Source: Pseudomonadota bacterium (lineage in GTDB: Bacteria; Pseudomonadota; Alphaproteobacteria; Rhizobiales; Xanthobacteraceae). From it: DNA of 64,000 bases. Position 1 is the stretch's first letter. Each line of letters starts with the position of its first letter. The notes under the pieces are model-generated. The model ran no database searches. It saw nothing but the letters and a program-made list of their open reading frames with translations, and had not been told where the DNA came from. Location of the stretch: assembly GCA_040758515.1 (NCBI GenBank), contig JBFLVM010000003.1, positions 505,426-569,425 on the forward strand, written 5' to 3'. A program made the position numbers and the translations under genes. Positions 38,234 through 48,801 of the stretch are shown piece by piece.

Positions 38234-38832
38234 GCCGCGCTCCTTCGCCGCATCGCGTAGGTGATCGCAACACTGAGAGGCACCGCGATCAAGAGCACCC
38301 AGGTTAGGGGCAACCGCAGCAATCCAGTTGCAATAAAGACCGCGACCAAGAGCGTCATCTCGACGGGATTTCGCCGCTTCAAAAGCGGAATCGTCATGCG
38401 GAAAATAACTGCGAGAAAAAGACCGATCGCCGCGCATGACACACCGGCCAGCGTCCGCTGGAGCGCCGGCACATTTCCATAGTGCGCGTAGATCGCAGCA
38501 AGAACGGTGACGAGCACCATCGGCGGCCCGAGCAGACCGAGGAAAGCGGCGATCCCACCGGCGAGCCCGCGAAAGCGCGAGCCGAACACCATCGACAGGT
38601 TGACGATGTTGGGGCCGGGTAAAAAGTGACAAAGCGCGAATGCCTCGTTGAACTCGTCCGCCGTCATCCATTTATGCTGATCGACGATGGCGCGGCGCGC
38701 CCAGACCAGAACGCCGCCGAAGCCCGCAAGCGACATCTTCGCGAAGGCCCAGAACAACTCAAACAGTCCCGGCGGCGCGGCTTTCAGATCGGATGGCGAG
38801 GACGAACCGGCTGGAGAAGAATCGGAGGCCAT
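38230..38832 (-). CDS. chrA: Short-chain chromate transporter (CHR), first half
   Basis: AKMSLAGFGG, ALCHFLPGPNIVN. Confidence 0.88.
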   Translation of the reverse strand: MASDSSPAGSSSPSDLKAAPPGLFELFWAFAKMSLAGFGGVLVWARRAIVDQHKWMTADEFNEAFALCHFLPGPNIVNLSMVFGSRFRGLAGGIAAFLGLLGPPMVLVTVLAAIYAHYGNVPALQRTLAGVSCAAIGLFLAVIFRMTIPLLKRRNPVEMTLLVAVFIATGLLRLPLTWVLLIAVPLSVAITYAMRRRSAA

Positions 38833-38977
38833 GATGCTGAATAGAATGGCGGTTCCGCCGCGCCAACCTCCAATCACAGTTGCCGCATATGCATGAGAGG
38901 CAATTCCACCGGAATCGGTGCCGGACGGCCCGAAACCAGACCTTTTTTCGTTAGCTTTTGCGGCCTATATTGAGCGT

Positions 38978-39303
38978 GCCGGCTTGCCGGCTATGGAAAT
39001 AAATTGCCGTCGCAATAAACCATTCGGACCCGGGGGCAGCACCCGGCGCCTCCACCAAAGCCCGGACTTGCCGCCAGCATCTGGCGGGCTTCGGCGGGGG
39101 CGAAACAGGATCGACGAGGGCGTAAAGGGCGTGTTTTTCCCGGTATTGTTCCGCCGTTATCGGGCTATGCAATAGTTGCAAACGACAACTATGCTCCGGT
39201 TGCTCAGGCTGCGTAACGCAGTTTGAAAGACCAAGTCTAAAGTCCTGATGGATTAAGCCCCGTCAGGCGGGGTTCGGAGGCACCTGGCAACAGAAGCCTC
39301 CAC
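38978..39303 (+). ncRNA. ssrA: Circularly permuted two-piece tmRNA
   Basis: Acceptor piece ends CGCCTCCACCA at 39057; 38-nt intervening hairpin; coding piece begins GGGGGCG at 39096 (7-bp stem with G3-U70); tag frame 39178-39216; -10 TATATT at 38966. Outer ends approximate. Confidence 0.95.
39178..39216 (+). other. tmRNA tag reading frame (A)ANDNYAPVAQAA*
   Basis: GCA AAC GAC AAC TAT GCT CCG GTT GCT CAG GCT GCG TAA. Confidence 0.93.
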
Positions 39304-39454
39304 TTTCATCTCCGCTGGGAAACTGCCTGATCTGCACCCTCGCCTGCTGACCTTGCCGGTCCGGCGGGATACCATCGCCCAAACGGCGCGAGTCGCGACT
39401 TTGAGGCTGCGCAGCAATTTCATTCGGCAGAATTGGCCTGCCCGAGGACAGCGA

Positions 39455-39952
39455 ATGGCGACCGATCTTATCCGTTATGACGTTCTTGCGCGCGATGCGC
39501 TTCGCGGCGTGCTGCGTCAGGTTTTGAAGGACGCCGCGGAGAATGGCCTGCCGGGCGAACATCACTTCTACATCACCTTTCTCTCGACCGCGCCCGGCGT
39601 GAAGATTTCACCGCGCCTGCTGTCGCAATACCCGACGGAAATGACCGTCATCCTCCAGCATCAGTTCTGGGATCTGGTTGTGACCGAAGATCGCTTCGAG
39701 GTCGGCCTGTCGTTCAATGGAATCCCCGAGCGGCTGGTGATCCCGTACAGTTCCATCAAGAGCTTCTTCGATCCGTCAGTGCAGTTCGGACTGCAATTTG
39801 AAACAGCGGACGATTCTGCGGAAGCCACACCGCCCGCCGAACAGCTTGCGGTCGCAAAGACCGCCGATGAGGGCGATACGGCATCCAGCGACGCTTCGCA
39901 GAAGAGCGAAGGTGCCGAGGTGGTGCGCCTCGACCGGTTCCGCAAAAAATAA
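39455..39952 (+). CDS. sspB: ClpXP adaptor SspB (alphaproteobacterial type)
   Basis: GLPGEHHFYITF, YPTEMTVILQHQFWDL, C-terminal VVRLDRFRKK; directly after ssrA. Confidence 0.93.
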   Translation: MATDLIRYDVLARDALRGVLRQVLKDAAENGLPGEHHFYITFLSTAPGVKISPRLLSQYPTEMTVILQHQFWDLVVTEDRFEVGLSFNGIPERLVIPYSSIKSFFDPSVQFGLQFETADDSAEATPPAEQLAVAKTADEGDTASSDASQKSEGAEVVRLDRFRKK

Positions 39953-40055
39953 TCACGTTCAGTCGATCAGTTGACACCTACTTTGTTGCGACGGTTGCGC
40001 GCAGCAACCGCGCAGTCATAAGCTCCGCCGTCGAGGTCTTATCGCAGGTGGCAGC

Positions 40056-41459
40056 ATGACCGATTCAACAAAACCGACACGCACCGAAACCGACACGTTC
40101 GGCCCAATCGAGGTCGCATCGGGTCGCTACTGGGGGGCGCAGACCGAAAGGTCGCGCAGCAATTTCAAGATCGGCGTCGAGACGATGCCGATGCCGATCG
40201 TGAAGGCACTTGCAATCGTCAAACTCGCATCCGCGAAAACCAATCTCGACTTGCGCCTGATCGACGACAAGCGCGCGCGCGCGATTTCCCTCGCCGCCCG
40301 CGAGGTGATCGACGGAAAACTCGACGATAATTTTCCACTGGTGGTCTGGCAGACCGGCTCCGGCACGCAGACCAACATGAATCTCAACGAGGTGATCGCC
40401 AACCGCGCCAGCGAACTGATGGGCGGCGAACGCGGCACCAAGAAGCCGGTGCATCCGAACGACCACGTCAATATGAGTCAGTCGTCGAACGACTCGTTTC
40501 CAACCGCGATGCATATCGCGGCGGCTGAACGCATCGTTCACGATCTCGTTCCTGCGCTGACAATCCTTCTCACGGCGCTTCGTCAAAAAGAAAAAGCGTT
40601 TGCGAAAATCGTCAAGATCGGGCGGACCCACACGCAGGACGCGACTCCGCTCACGCTTGGGCAGGAATTTTCCGGCTATGCCGCACAGGTCGAAAGCGGA
40701 ATCGCGCGCATCCAGTCGGCGCTGAAAGAGCTTTATCCTCTCGCGCAAGGCGGCACGGCCGTCGGAACCGGACTTAACTCGAAGCCGAAATTCGCAAAGC
40801 AGTTCGCCAAGCACGTCGCCGCGATTACAAAGCTCCCCTTCACCAGCGCGCCGAACAAATTCGAGGCCCTTGCGTCGAACGATGCTTACGTGTTCGTGCA
40901 TGGCGCAATCAACGCGATGGCGACGGGACTTTTCAAGATTGCCAACGACATTCGTCTGCTCGGCTCCGGTCCCCGCTCAGGACTGGGCGAACTGATTTTG
41001 CCGGAGAATGAGCCGGGCTCGTCGATCATGCCGGGCAAAGTCAACCCGACTCAGTGCGAGGCTGTCACGATGGTGTGCTGCCAGATATTCGGCAATCACA
41101 CCGCGATCACGGTCGCAGGCAGCCAGGGCCACTTTGAATTGAACGTCTACAAGCCCGTGATGGCGCATTGCATGCTGCAATCGATCCGGCTGATGTCGGA
41201 TGTTGCGCGATCATTCACAGAGCATTGCGTCTTGGGAATTCGCGCAGACGAGAAACGTATTCGCGAACTGATGGAACGTTCGCTGATGCTCGTTACCGCG
41301 CTTGCACCGAAGATCGGTTACGACAACGCCGCGAAAGTCGCAAAGACCGCGCATGCCAACGGCACGACACTTAAGGAAGAAGCGGTGCGCCTCGGTTTCG
41401 TTTCTGCTGGCGAATTCGACAGACTCGTGCAACCGGACAACATGACGCATCCCGGCTAG
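40056..41459 (+). CDS. fumC: Class II fumarate hydratase
   Basis: [39 protein letters not shown]. Confidence 0.98.
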   Translation: MTDSTKPTRTETDTFGPIEVASGRYWGAQTERSRSNFKIGVETMPMPIVKALAIVKLASAKTNLDLRLIDDKRARAISLAAREVIDGKLDDNFPLVVWQTGSGTQTNMNLNEVIANRASELMGGERGTKKPVHPNDHVNMSQSSNDSFPTAMHIAAAERIVHDLVPALTILLTALRQKEKAFAKIVKIGRTHTQDATPLTLGQEFSGYAAQVESGIARIQSALKELYPLAQGGTAVGTGLNSKPKFAKQFAKHVAAITKLPFTSAPNKFEALASNDAYVFVHGAINAMATGLFKIANDIRLLGSGPRSGLGELILPENEPGSSIMPGKVNPTQCEAVTMVCCQIFGNHTAITVAGSQGHFELNVYKPVMAHCMLQSIRLMSDVARSFTEHCVLGIRADEKRIRELMERSLMLVTALAPKIGYDNAAKVAKTAHANGTTLKEEAVRLGFVSAGEFDRLVQPDNMTHPG

Positions 41460-41609
41460 TGAGATGCGGCGAAATTTCCACTAAGAATTTTCATTGCCAA
41501 AATTTCATGTTGCGTTCCGTCTAAAGACTTAGATGGAACGTCTAGGATGCGCCGCGTGACGCATGCTAGTTGAATCCTGTGCCACTGAATCAGACATAAC
41601 GGAGCGACG

Positions 41610-41798
41610 GTGGGCGACCTGGTAAACTTAAAACGATTCAAAAAACGCGCGTTGCGCGATCAGGCTGGGAAGAACGCAGAAACCAATCGTGCGCTATTCG
41701 GTCGCACCAAGGCTGAGAAACAGCGAGACGAGTTGAAATCCGATTTCGCAAAAAAATCCCTCGACAACCATCGCATCGATAACGGGGCCTCGAAATGA
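41610..41798 (+). CDS. DUF4169 family small basic protein
   Basis: LVNLKRFKK...AETNRALFGRTKAEK; RBS GGAG; GTG start. Confidence 0.85.
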   Translation: MGDLVNLKRFKKRALRDQAGKNAETNRALFGRTKAEKQRDELKSDFAKKSLDNHRIDNGASK

Positions 41799-42067
41799 AG
41801 TCACCCGTCGTTAAACGATCCATCGTCGTCGCAAGCCACAAGACGAGCGTGAGCCTCGAAGAGGCTTTCTGGAACGGAATGAAGGAAATCTCGTCGGCGC
41901 GAAACATGACGCTCTCCGAATTGGTCGGCGAGATCGACGGCAACCGGCAGCAGGGCAATCTGTCGTCGGCGATACGGCTGTTCGTCCTCGACTACTTCCG
42001 TTCTCGCGCATCCGGACCTCTGCATGGCGATACTTCGCGTCATCGCTCCGAAGAGCATCGTCAGTAG
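41795..42067 (+). CDS. Ribbon-helix-helix domain protein (RHH_4 type), copy 1
   Basis: KRSIVVASHKTSVSLEEAFW...NLSSAIRLFVL; ATGA overlap with DUF4169. Confidence 0.9.
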   Translation: MKSPVVKRSIVVASHKTSVSLEEAFWNGMKEISSARNMTLSELVGEIDGNRQQGNLSSAIRLFVLDYFRSRASGPLHGDTSRHRSEEHRQ

Positions 42068-42288
42068 AATACCTGACCGCATCCATACGATCGTGACTCT
42101 GCCGTAGGTTTTCGACCGAATACCGCCGGCAGCTCCGATCAGTTACTATGTACCCGTGACTTGGCGAAGAGTACGCTGAGACATGGCGCGCTGAAGCGCC
42201 GCCTAAAATCCTAGAAATGCATGCGAACCGCACAACGTTCGGCAAAGCCGCCGCGCGCGCCGGGTTTGCACGCCCAGAGGAGAAGACG

Positions 42289-42609
42289 ATGCTGATCGAT
42301 CAGACAGGCGCAATGAATGAAAATTCGAGCGTGAAGGAATACGCCGTGGTGAAACGCTCCGTGGTCGTCGGCGGCCACAAGACGAGCGTCAGCCTCGAAG
42401 ACGCGTTCTGGACGAGCCTCAAGGATATCGCGACGCGACGCGGCATGACGCTATCGAGCCAGATCGACACAATCGACCGTGACCGCAAGACCAACAATCT
42501 ATCGTCGGCGATCCGGCTATTCGTGCTGGATCATTTTCGCACGCGCGCGATCAGCACAATGTTCATCGGCGAGCGCCGGACTTCGCCGAGCATCGTTCCG
42601 GCGGAATAG
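42289..42609 (+). CDS. Ribbon-helix-helix domain protein (RHH_4 type), copy 2
   Basis: KRSVVVGGHKTSVSLEDAFW...NLSSAIRLFVL; RBS GAGGAG before ATG 42289. Confidence 0.88.
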   Translation: MLIDQTGAMNENSSVKEYAVVKRSVVVGGHKTSVSLEDAFWTSLKDIATRRGMTLSSQIDTIDRDRKTNNLSSAIRLFVLDHFRTRAISTMFIGERRTSPSIVPAE

Positions 42610-42610
42610 A

Positions 42611-45600
42611 TCAGAACGACGAAGTCCCAGACGCCGGCGGCGTCAGCACGACCGGGGGACGGGGCTTCGCAGCGCCGGATGCCGGCCTGATCGTTGTCGC
42701 GGGCGGCAAAGGCGGAACAGCGGCTGGTGCCGACGGCTGTTGCACAGACGCGTTCGGCAATCCAGATGATGGCGCGCTTTTCACATTCAGGGCGCGCCGA
42801 GGATCGCGCTTCGGAATTCTCACTTCGCCTTTCGGGATAGGTTCGATCTGCGGCAGCCCTTCATCAAGCGACATAGGCTGCGGTTCCGGCCTTGAAGAAT
42901 CGCCGCTCTCCAACCGATCGAGTTGCTGGGTCTGACGATCGATCGCGCGCATGACCAGCCATGACGACAGCGACGAGACATCAACAGATCGCATCGGACT
43001 ATCGGGCGAACCGTTGAAATCGATTCGGATTTCGGGTCGGCGCGTCGCGGGTTTCAGCACGGCTGCCGACAACACGATACGCGCATCCATTTGATCGGCA
43101 GCCAGATCGAGTCCGCCGGACACCGTCGCGTGCGTTCGCAGCGCCTCGAGCGCCGTCGGCTCGACACGCACTCGCCCATCCTTGATCGTGAATAGAATTT
43201 GGCCGGCGGGAACCACGAGCGATCCGTTCGTCAGCACCGGTTCGACGACCGTTTTCAGATTTACATCATCAATCTGCTGCCCGCCGTCGCTCGCACGAAC
43301 TGCGGCCTCGAATGCGCGAGGGTCGAGTCCCGCGATGCGCAAATCCTTCAACGTCACGACACCGGCACCGGACAGTGCGCCGCTTAACGCAGCCGCGCTG
43401 CGGCCCTGTGTCGTGAACGACACCAGAAACGATGCTTTGCCTTCTGGAAACAGAAGGCTTCGATAGCGTAGCGCAGAACCATCGACATCCGTTGCATTCG
43501 CACTCGCGCGGATCGACGTTCCCTCGGGCGTCTGACGCGCATCGGCATTCGCCGAAATCTCGCCGCTGCCGAAACTACCCTTCCCTTCAAGCGCGAGCGA
43601 TTGGCCGTTCGCGCGCAGCTTTCCGCCAAAATTCTGAACCTCGCTTCCGCCAGGCAGATTTATCTTCGATGCTTGAAAGGACATCAAACCGCGCCAGCCG
43701 CTCAGAAGTCCTCGCCCGGAAGGTTCGGATACACCTCGTCCCGCAATTCCGAGCGCAGCCGCAACAACCGGCGAAAGATCGAGTGCATCGATGCTTAGTT
43801 CGGCATCGACGTTCAAATTGTCACCACGGACAATCGCGATCTTCCCGCGTGTCCGCGAACCGCCGAACACTGCATCAAGGTCTTCAAACGCAAATGTCTT
43901 TCCCGCCACACTCAGACGCGACGACAGGTTTTCGATGCCGACGCCAGCCGGCTTCAGATCGAACAAGGTCGATGGGTCCATCTTGCGAAGAGCGAGATTC
44001 AAGTTTGCCTTCGGAGCATCAAGCCAGGGATCGATTGTGCCGTTGACATCGCCGTCGATACCAGCCGCCAACAATCTCGCGTCCACTCGCAACGGTCCGT
44101 TCAGCGCGCCGCTCAGCTTTGCATCGAATTTTGCTTCGCCATCCTGCGCTGAAAGAATCCGATCGAGACCAAGCAACGACAGCATCGTGGACGATTTGTC
44201 CGATGCCAGCTTGACGTCCAAATTTCCGTCGCCGCGCAGCAGTGCTGTCAGATCTATATTTCGCGACGCCTCGCGAGACTGCTTCGATTGCAGTGCTATC
44301 GCACCTTTGATCTGCGGGGCCTCCACATCGATAGCAACGCTCGCATTGGTCGCCGCCTGATTTTGCTCGGGATTGAGACTCACCGACATCCGAACACGCG
44401 CACCGCCTTGCGCTTGTGGCACCGACTTTATTCGCTTCACAATTTCTGGAAGCCAGGGCGTAATCGCCACTCCCATGCGCTCGAGCGACTCCGCGCTTGC
44501 ATCGAGCGACAGCTTGCCGCTTCCGCCCTCAAGATCAAGCAAGCCGGAGCCCGTTACGCTGACGGATTTGGCATCGCCGATGTTGAGCCGATTGAGCGAG
44601 ATCGATTTGGCACTCGTTTCAAGTTCAAAAGCGACGGGCCGAACATCCAGACCGGCAAGAATTGCCATTCCAGCGTCGATCGAGATTTTCGTCTCATCTG
44701 GCCACTTCGATCCGATGTCACCGAGCAGACTCGTGACCCCGCGACCTTCATCGAAATTGAGCCCGTCTGACTTGAGTGCGGCATCGAGCCGCGTTTTTCC
44801 ACCTGTCAAATCCGAAACAGCAACGCTGCCTGTCACAACTCCCCCGCCGAGATCGGCATTCAAGGCCTCGACGGCAATCCGTTCGGCGGCAATCTTCACG
44901 GCGCCGCTCAGCTTGAACGGCATCTGCGAGTCGGGAGATGCATCGGCGCGACCCTTTAACCAGGCAAAGAACGAACCGGGGTCGGCAGATTCCAATGAAA
45001 CAGGCCCCACAAAGGACGCAGCAGCGGTGCCCGCCGACGAAATTGTGCCCGTTGCCGCAATCTGGGTCGCACCCGGCGCGCGCATCTCGAATTTTGGAAT
45101 GGCCCATGTGCTCTTGTCGGAGCGCAATTCCACGACAAGATTTTGAATCGGACGGCCGCCAAGCGCCGCCTGATCCACATTGACTTCAAGCTGCGTCGCA
45201 ATCGGTGCAGGCGGTACGAAGCGAAGAGCACGGCGCAGTCTTGAGACCGGATCGATCGACTCTGCGCTCGTCGTTTTTGCCAGCAAACGATCAGCATCGA
45301 GCTGACGCGTGGAGAGGGCCAGATGGAGCAGCGGCGATACGCCAAAACGGATATCGCCCGTTCCGGAGAAACGCAGCGCGCTGTCTTCGGGGCCATAGAC
45401 GAACTCAACTTGCTCGAAAGTTGCGGATGCCGGACCAATGGATGTCTTCGACACTATCCGCCACGGAATGGCTTCCTCGTCACGGCTATCCGCCGTTCGC
45501 GCGACCGTTACGGTTCCGTCGAACTTTGGAACCAAGGCATCGAAGCTCAATGTGCCGTCGAAATCGGAAAACGGCGCGCGATCGCCGGGGTCGAGGCTGA

Positions 45601-46216
45601 GCCGCACCCGCGTTCCCTTGCCGTCGGTACTCTGCCCCGACGACACACGATAGAGTACCGGTGCGCCTGCAACGTTGAACGAGCCCTCTCCGCGCATCGT
45701 GCCGGCAAGTGCGCGAACATCGCCGCTGAATTTGAAATTGTCGAGTTGCAGTGAGGCTCCGCTCGAAGCATCGTGCAGCTTCACTTGTCCATTCAGATTC
45801 AGGCGGTCAATAGTCAGCGCCCCGAAATTGAATTGACTACTCCTCAATGGACTTTCGAAACGACCCTGCTTGTCGATGCCGAAACCGACTGCGAAGCCAT
45901 CGATGGACAATTCGCTCGCACGCCATTCGCCGCGCATCGCGGAACTCAGGCTGAATTCCACATCGAGCCTTTCGGCGCTGATTCTTTTCGGATCGTTAGG
46001 GCCACCGACGGCAACCGACCGCAAATGCAGCGTCGGCGTCGGAAGCAGCCGCGCATCGAGCGAACCATCGACGCGTACCGGCGCGCCCAGAACGCGGCTG
46101 GCTTCGGCCTCAAACTGTGGACGGAACTGATTCCAATCCACGAAATGCGGCCCGACCAACGCCGCGACCAGCGCGATGATAAAGGCTATCGCCAATCCAA
46201 GCAGAGTCGTCTGCAA
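42611..46216 (-). CDS. AsmA family protein
   Basis: N-terminal anchor, GPHFVDWNQFRPQFEAEAS, LLPTPTL; 1201 aa; C-terminal AsmA-like region. Confidence 0.85.
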   Translation of the reverse strand: MQTTLLGLAIAFIIALVAALVGPHFVDWNQFRPQFEAEASRVLGAPVRVDGSLDARLLPTPTLHLRSVAVGGPNDPKRISAERLDVEFSLSSAMRGEWRASELSIDGFAVGFGIDKQGRFESPLRSSQFNFGALTIDRLNLNGQVKLHDASSGASLQLDNFKFSGDVRALAGTMRGEGSFNVAGAPVLYRVSSGQSTDGKGTRVRLSLDPGDRAPFSDFDGTLSFDALVPKFDGTVTVARTADSRDEEAIPWRIVSKTSIGPASATFEQVEFVYGPEDSALRFSGTGDIRFGVSPLLHLALSTRQLDADRLLAKTTSAESIDPVSRLRRALRFVPPAPIATQLEVNVDQAALGGRPIQNLVVELRSDKSTWAIPKFEMRAPGATQIAATGTISSAGTAAASFVGPVSLESADPGSFFAWLKGRADASPDSQMPFKLSGAVKIAAERIAVEALNADLGGGVVTGSVAVSDLTGGKTRLDAALKSDGLNFDEGRGVTSLLGDIGSKWPDETKISIDAGMAILAGLDVRPVAFELETSAKSISLNRLNIGDAKSVSVTGSGLLDLEGGSGKLSLDASAESLERMGVAITPWLPEIVKRIKSVPQAQGGARVRMSVSLNPEQNQAATNASVAIDVEAPQIKGAIALQSKQSREASRNIDLTALLRGDGNLDVKLASDKSSTMLSLLGLDRILSAQDGEAKFDAKLSGALNGPLRVDARLLAAGIDGDVNGTIDPWLDAPKANLNLALRKMDPSTLFDLKPAGVGIENLSSRLSVAGKTFAFEDLDAVFGGSRTRGKIAIVRGDNLNVDAELSIDALDLSPVVAAALGIAGRGVSEPSGRGLLSGWRGLMSFQASKINLPGGSEVQNFGGKLRANGQSLALEGKGSFGSGEISANADARQTPEGTSIRASANATDVDGSALRYRSLLFPEGKASFLVSFTTQGRSAAALSGALSGAGVVTLKDLRIAGLDPRAFEAAVRASDGGQQIDDVNLKTVVEPVLTNGSLVVPAGQILFTIKDGRVRVEPTALEALRTHATVSGGLDLAADQMDARIVLSAAVLKPATRRPEIRIDFNGSPDSPMRSVDVSSLSSWLVMRAIDRQTQQLDRLESGDSSRPEPQPMSLDEGLPQIEPIPKGEVRIPKRDPRRALNVKSAPSSGLPNASVQQPSAPAAVPPLPPATTIRPASGAAKPRPPVVLTPPASGTSSF

Positions 46217-46315
46217 AGCGTTCCCCGGCGAAAATGTCTGCGTGCCGATGCTACGGCGACTTCGCCGTCAATTGAAAGACAAGTGTGGCGAAGTCGCAGC
46301 AGTCCAAATGGCCAT

Positions 46316-47731
46316 CTAGCCCTGCGGCAGTATTTTACCCGGATTGAGAATGTTGTACGGATCGAGCGCCTGCTTCAGCGCCCGCATGGCTTCCACGGCT
46401 TCCGGCCCCAGTTCTTTCACCAGGTATTTCTGCTTGCCCTGCCCGATGCCGTGTTCGCCGGTGCAGGTGCCATCCATCGCCTGCGCGCGTTCGACAAGGC
46501 GATGCAGAAAGTCTTCGACGCGCTGCATCTCCTCGGGGTCGTTCACGTCGCACAGCAACGAGCAGTGGAAGTTGCCGTCGCCGACATGACCGACGATCGG
46601 TGAGACAAGTTTACTGGCCGCGATATCTTTCTCGGTTTCAGCCACGCATTCCGCCAGCCGCGAAATCGGCACGCAGACATCCGTCGCGACCGCCTGCGCA
46701 CCGGGGCGCAGACCACGCACCGCCCAATACGCATCGTGGCGCGCCTGCCATAGCCGCGTGCGGTCTTCCTGCTTCGTCGTCCACTCGAAGGCCCCGCCGC
46801 CGCATTCCTTCGCGATCTCGCCGAACATTTTGGATTGTTCCGCAACGTCCGCTTCGGTGCCGTGAAATTCGAGCAGCAGCAGCGGCGTTTCGGGCAGAGA
46901 TAATTTTGAGTACGCGTTACATGCAGCAACCTGCGCCGCGTTGAGCAATTCGATGCGCGCCAGCGGGATGCCGGTCTGGATTGCCAGAATGGTCGCGTTG
47001 CATGCGCCTTCGACTGTTTTGAACGAACACGAACCTGCCGCGATGCTCTGCGGAATGCCGCGCAGCTTAAGCGTGATTTCAGAAACAATTCCGAGCGTGC
47101 CTTCCGCACCGATGAACAGATGCGTGAGATCGTAGCCGGCGGATGATTTCTTCGCGCGCGTACCGGTCGAGATGATCTCGCCGTCGGCGCGAACGATCTT
47201 CAGCGCAAGGATATTGTCTTTCATGGTGCCGTAGCGCACGGCATTGGTGCCTGAAGCACGCGTCGAGGCCATGCCGCCGATCGACGCATCGGCGCCGGGG
47301 TCGATCGGGAAAAACAATCCCTGATCGCGCAGATGTTCGTTGAGGGCCTTGCGCGTGACGCCCGGCTCGATCACGCAATCCAGATCGTCCGGGTGAACGG
47401 CGATGATCCGATTCATCTCGCGCAGATCGATGCACACGCCGCCGGCAGGAGCATTCACCTGCCCTTCCAGCGACGTTCCGGTGCCGAACGGAATGACCGG
47501 TACGCGCCGCTCGGCACAAATCCGCACCACGTCCTGAATGTCGCTCGTCGATTGCGCCATCACAACTGCATCCGGCGGCTGCATCGGCAACCAGGTCGTG
47601 GTGTGGGAATGCTGCTCGCGCACGGCCTGCGAGGTTATGAGATTGTTGCCAAACCGCGCGGCAAGTGCCTCGACGGCGCTAGCGACGGCGGATGGCGCGG
47701 GACGCTTGAGAGCGGTATTGGAGAATGCCAC
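46316..47731 (-). CDS. FAD-linked oxidase (D-lactate dehydrogenase/GlcD-like)
   Basis: PFGTGTSLEG, PIDPGADASIGG, SSAGYDL, GHVGDGNFH, TGEHGIG. Confidence 0.92.
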   Translation of the reverse strand: MAFSNTALKRPAPSAVASAVEALAARFGNNLITSQAVREQHSHTTTWLPMQPPDAVVMAQSTSDIQDVVRICAERRVPVIPFGTGTSLEGQVNAPAGGVCIDLREMNRIIAVHPDDLDCVIEPGVTRKALNEHLRDQGLFFPIDPGADASIGGMASTRASGTNAVRYGTMKDNILALKIVRADGEIISTGTRAKKSSAGYDLTHLFIGAEGTLGIVSEITLKLRGIPQSIAAGSCSFKTVEGACNATILAIQTGIPLARIELLNAAQVAACNAYSKLSLPETPLLLLEFHGTEADVAEQSKMFGEIAKECGGGAFEWTTKQEDRTRLWQARHDAYWAVRGLRPGAQAVATDVCVPISRLAECVAETEKDIAASKLVSPIVGHVGDGNFHCSLLCDVNDPEEMQRVEDFLHRLVERAQAMDGTCTGEHGIGQGKQKYLVKELGPEAVEAMRALKQALDPYNILNPGKILPQG

Positions 47732-47823
47732 GGCAGATCGCTTCTATAAGGACGGTGTGGCGCAAACCGTCGCAAAGGTTGTATAGCGGGTCAAGTGAAC
47801 GAATGACTCCCTAAGGAAATGAA

Positions 47824-48348
47824 ATGACGATGCAAGCGGGGAACGCGCCGCAACAAACCGCAGCACCCTTTCTGACCACGATCATGCAAATCGAACCGCA
47901 ATGGATCGACTACAACGGCCATCTCAACATGGCCTACTACAATGTGCTGTTCGATCGCGGCATCGATCAGATGTGGACCGAATTCGGCGTCGGGCCGGAC
48001 TACATGAAAGAGCGCAACTGCTCCACCTTCTCGGCCGAAGCGCACATTCGATACCTGCGCGAGGTTCACCTCGGCGATCCGGTCGTGGTTGCGGTGTACA
48101 TGCTGGAAGCCGACGACAAGCGTATTCACACCTTCGAGGAATTGCGGCATGCGACCGAGGGCTGGCTTTCGGCTACATCCGAGGGCATGTCGCTCCACGT
48201 CGATATGAGCACACGAAAAACGGCACCGTGGCCCCCCGACATTGCCGCGCGAATCCGCGCGATCGTTCAGGCTCACGGCGCCGTTAAAAAGCCGGATGGC
48301 ATCGGCAGGCGGATCGCCATGCCTACGCCGAAGAGCTCAAGCGGTTAG
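47824..48348 (+). CDS. Thioesterase family protein (hotdog fold)
   Basis: [28 protein letters not shown]. Confidence 0.88.
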   Translation: MTMQAGNAPQQTAAPFLTTIMQIEPQWIDYNGHLNMAYYNVLFDRGIDQMWTEFGVGPDYMKERNCSTFSAEAHIRYLREVHLGDPVVVAVYMLEADDKRIHTFEELRHATEGWLSATSEGMSLHVDMSTRKTAPWPPDIAARIRAIVQAHGAVKKPDGIGRRIAMPTPKSSSG

Positions 48349-48518
48349 ACCGGTCCCCGGCCGCGCGCCAGACCCACAACGGCCGAAATCAGGAACAGTA
48401 CGATCGCGACGAAGAACACGATCTTGGCGATTTCGATCGACGCGCCGGCGATGCCGCCGAAGCCCAAAAGGCCCGCTACAAGCGCCACAATCAGAAATGT
48501 AACAACCCAGCTCAACAT
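48345..48518 (-). CDS. DUF1328 family small membrane protein
   Basis: [35 protein letters not shown]; RBS AGGAG. Confidence 0.92.
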   Translation of the reverse strand: MLSWVVTFLIVALVAGLLGFGGIAGASIEIAKIVFFVAIVLFLISAVVGLARGRGPV

Positions 48519-48585
48519 GAACCGCTCCTGCGTTTTGTTTTCCTTTGAAGCGCCGAATGGATTTCGGCACCCGATACGCAGAAAC

Positions 48586-48610
48586 AATCCGACTGCGGAT
48601 TGAATGTTCC
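48586..48610 (-). promoter_or_regulatory. Putative EcfG/RpoE2-type promoter of the DUF1328 gene
   Basis: GGAAC-N18-TT on the minus strand, about 70 bp upstream of the ATG. Confidence 0.45.
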
Positions 48611-48801
48611 GTCCCGGCGTGGGTCGTGAAAGCCACAAAAAGCCGCGATTTCAGGGAACAAATTGGTGCAAGCCATTTGGGTCCGCTTCAGTCAATGCGC
48701 CTGTCGAAACCGCTTCCTAACGCCTATATCTGCGACAATCCTGTTATGAACGCTCCCTTTTGAGTCCCCTCGATGCCATCGTGGGATACAAGCCGAATCG
48801 C

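Noticed and set aside
41520-41545. TTAGA...TCTAG as an Irr iron-control element
   Set aside because: Spacing does not fit TTTAGAA-N3-TTCTAAA, and the site is downstream rather than upstream of fumC.
42611-46216. asmA codon usage looks more A/T-ending than neighbours, suggesting foreign origin
   Set aside because: Gene is intact, in a core-like neighbourhood with no mobility signs; relaxed codon bias of a weakly expressed gene is sufficient, and the impression was not quantified.
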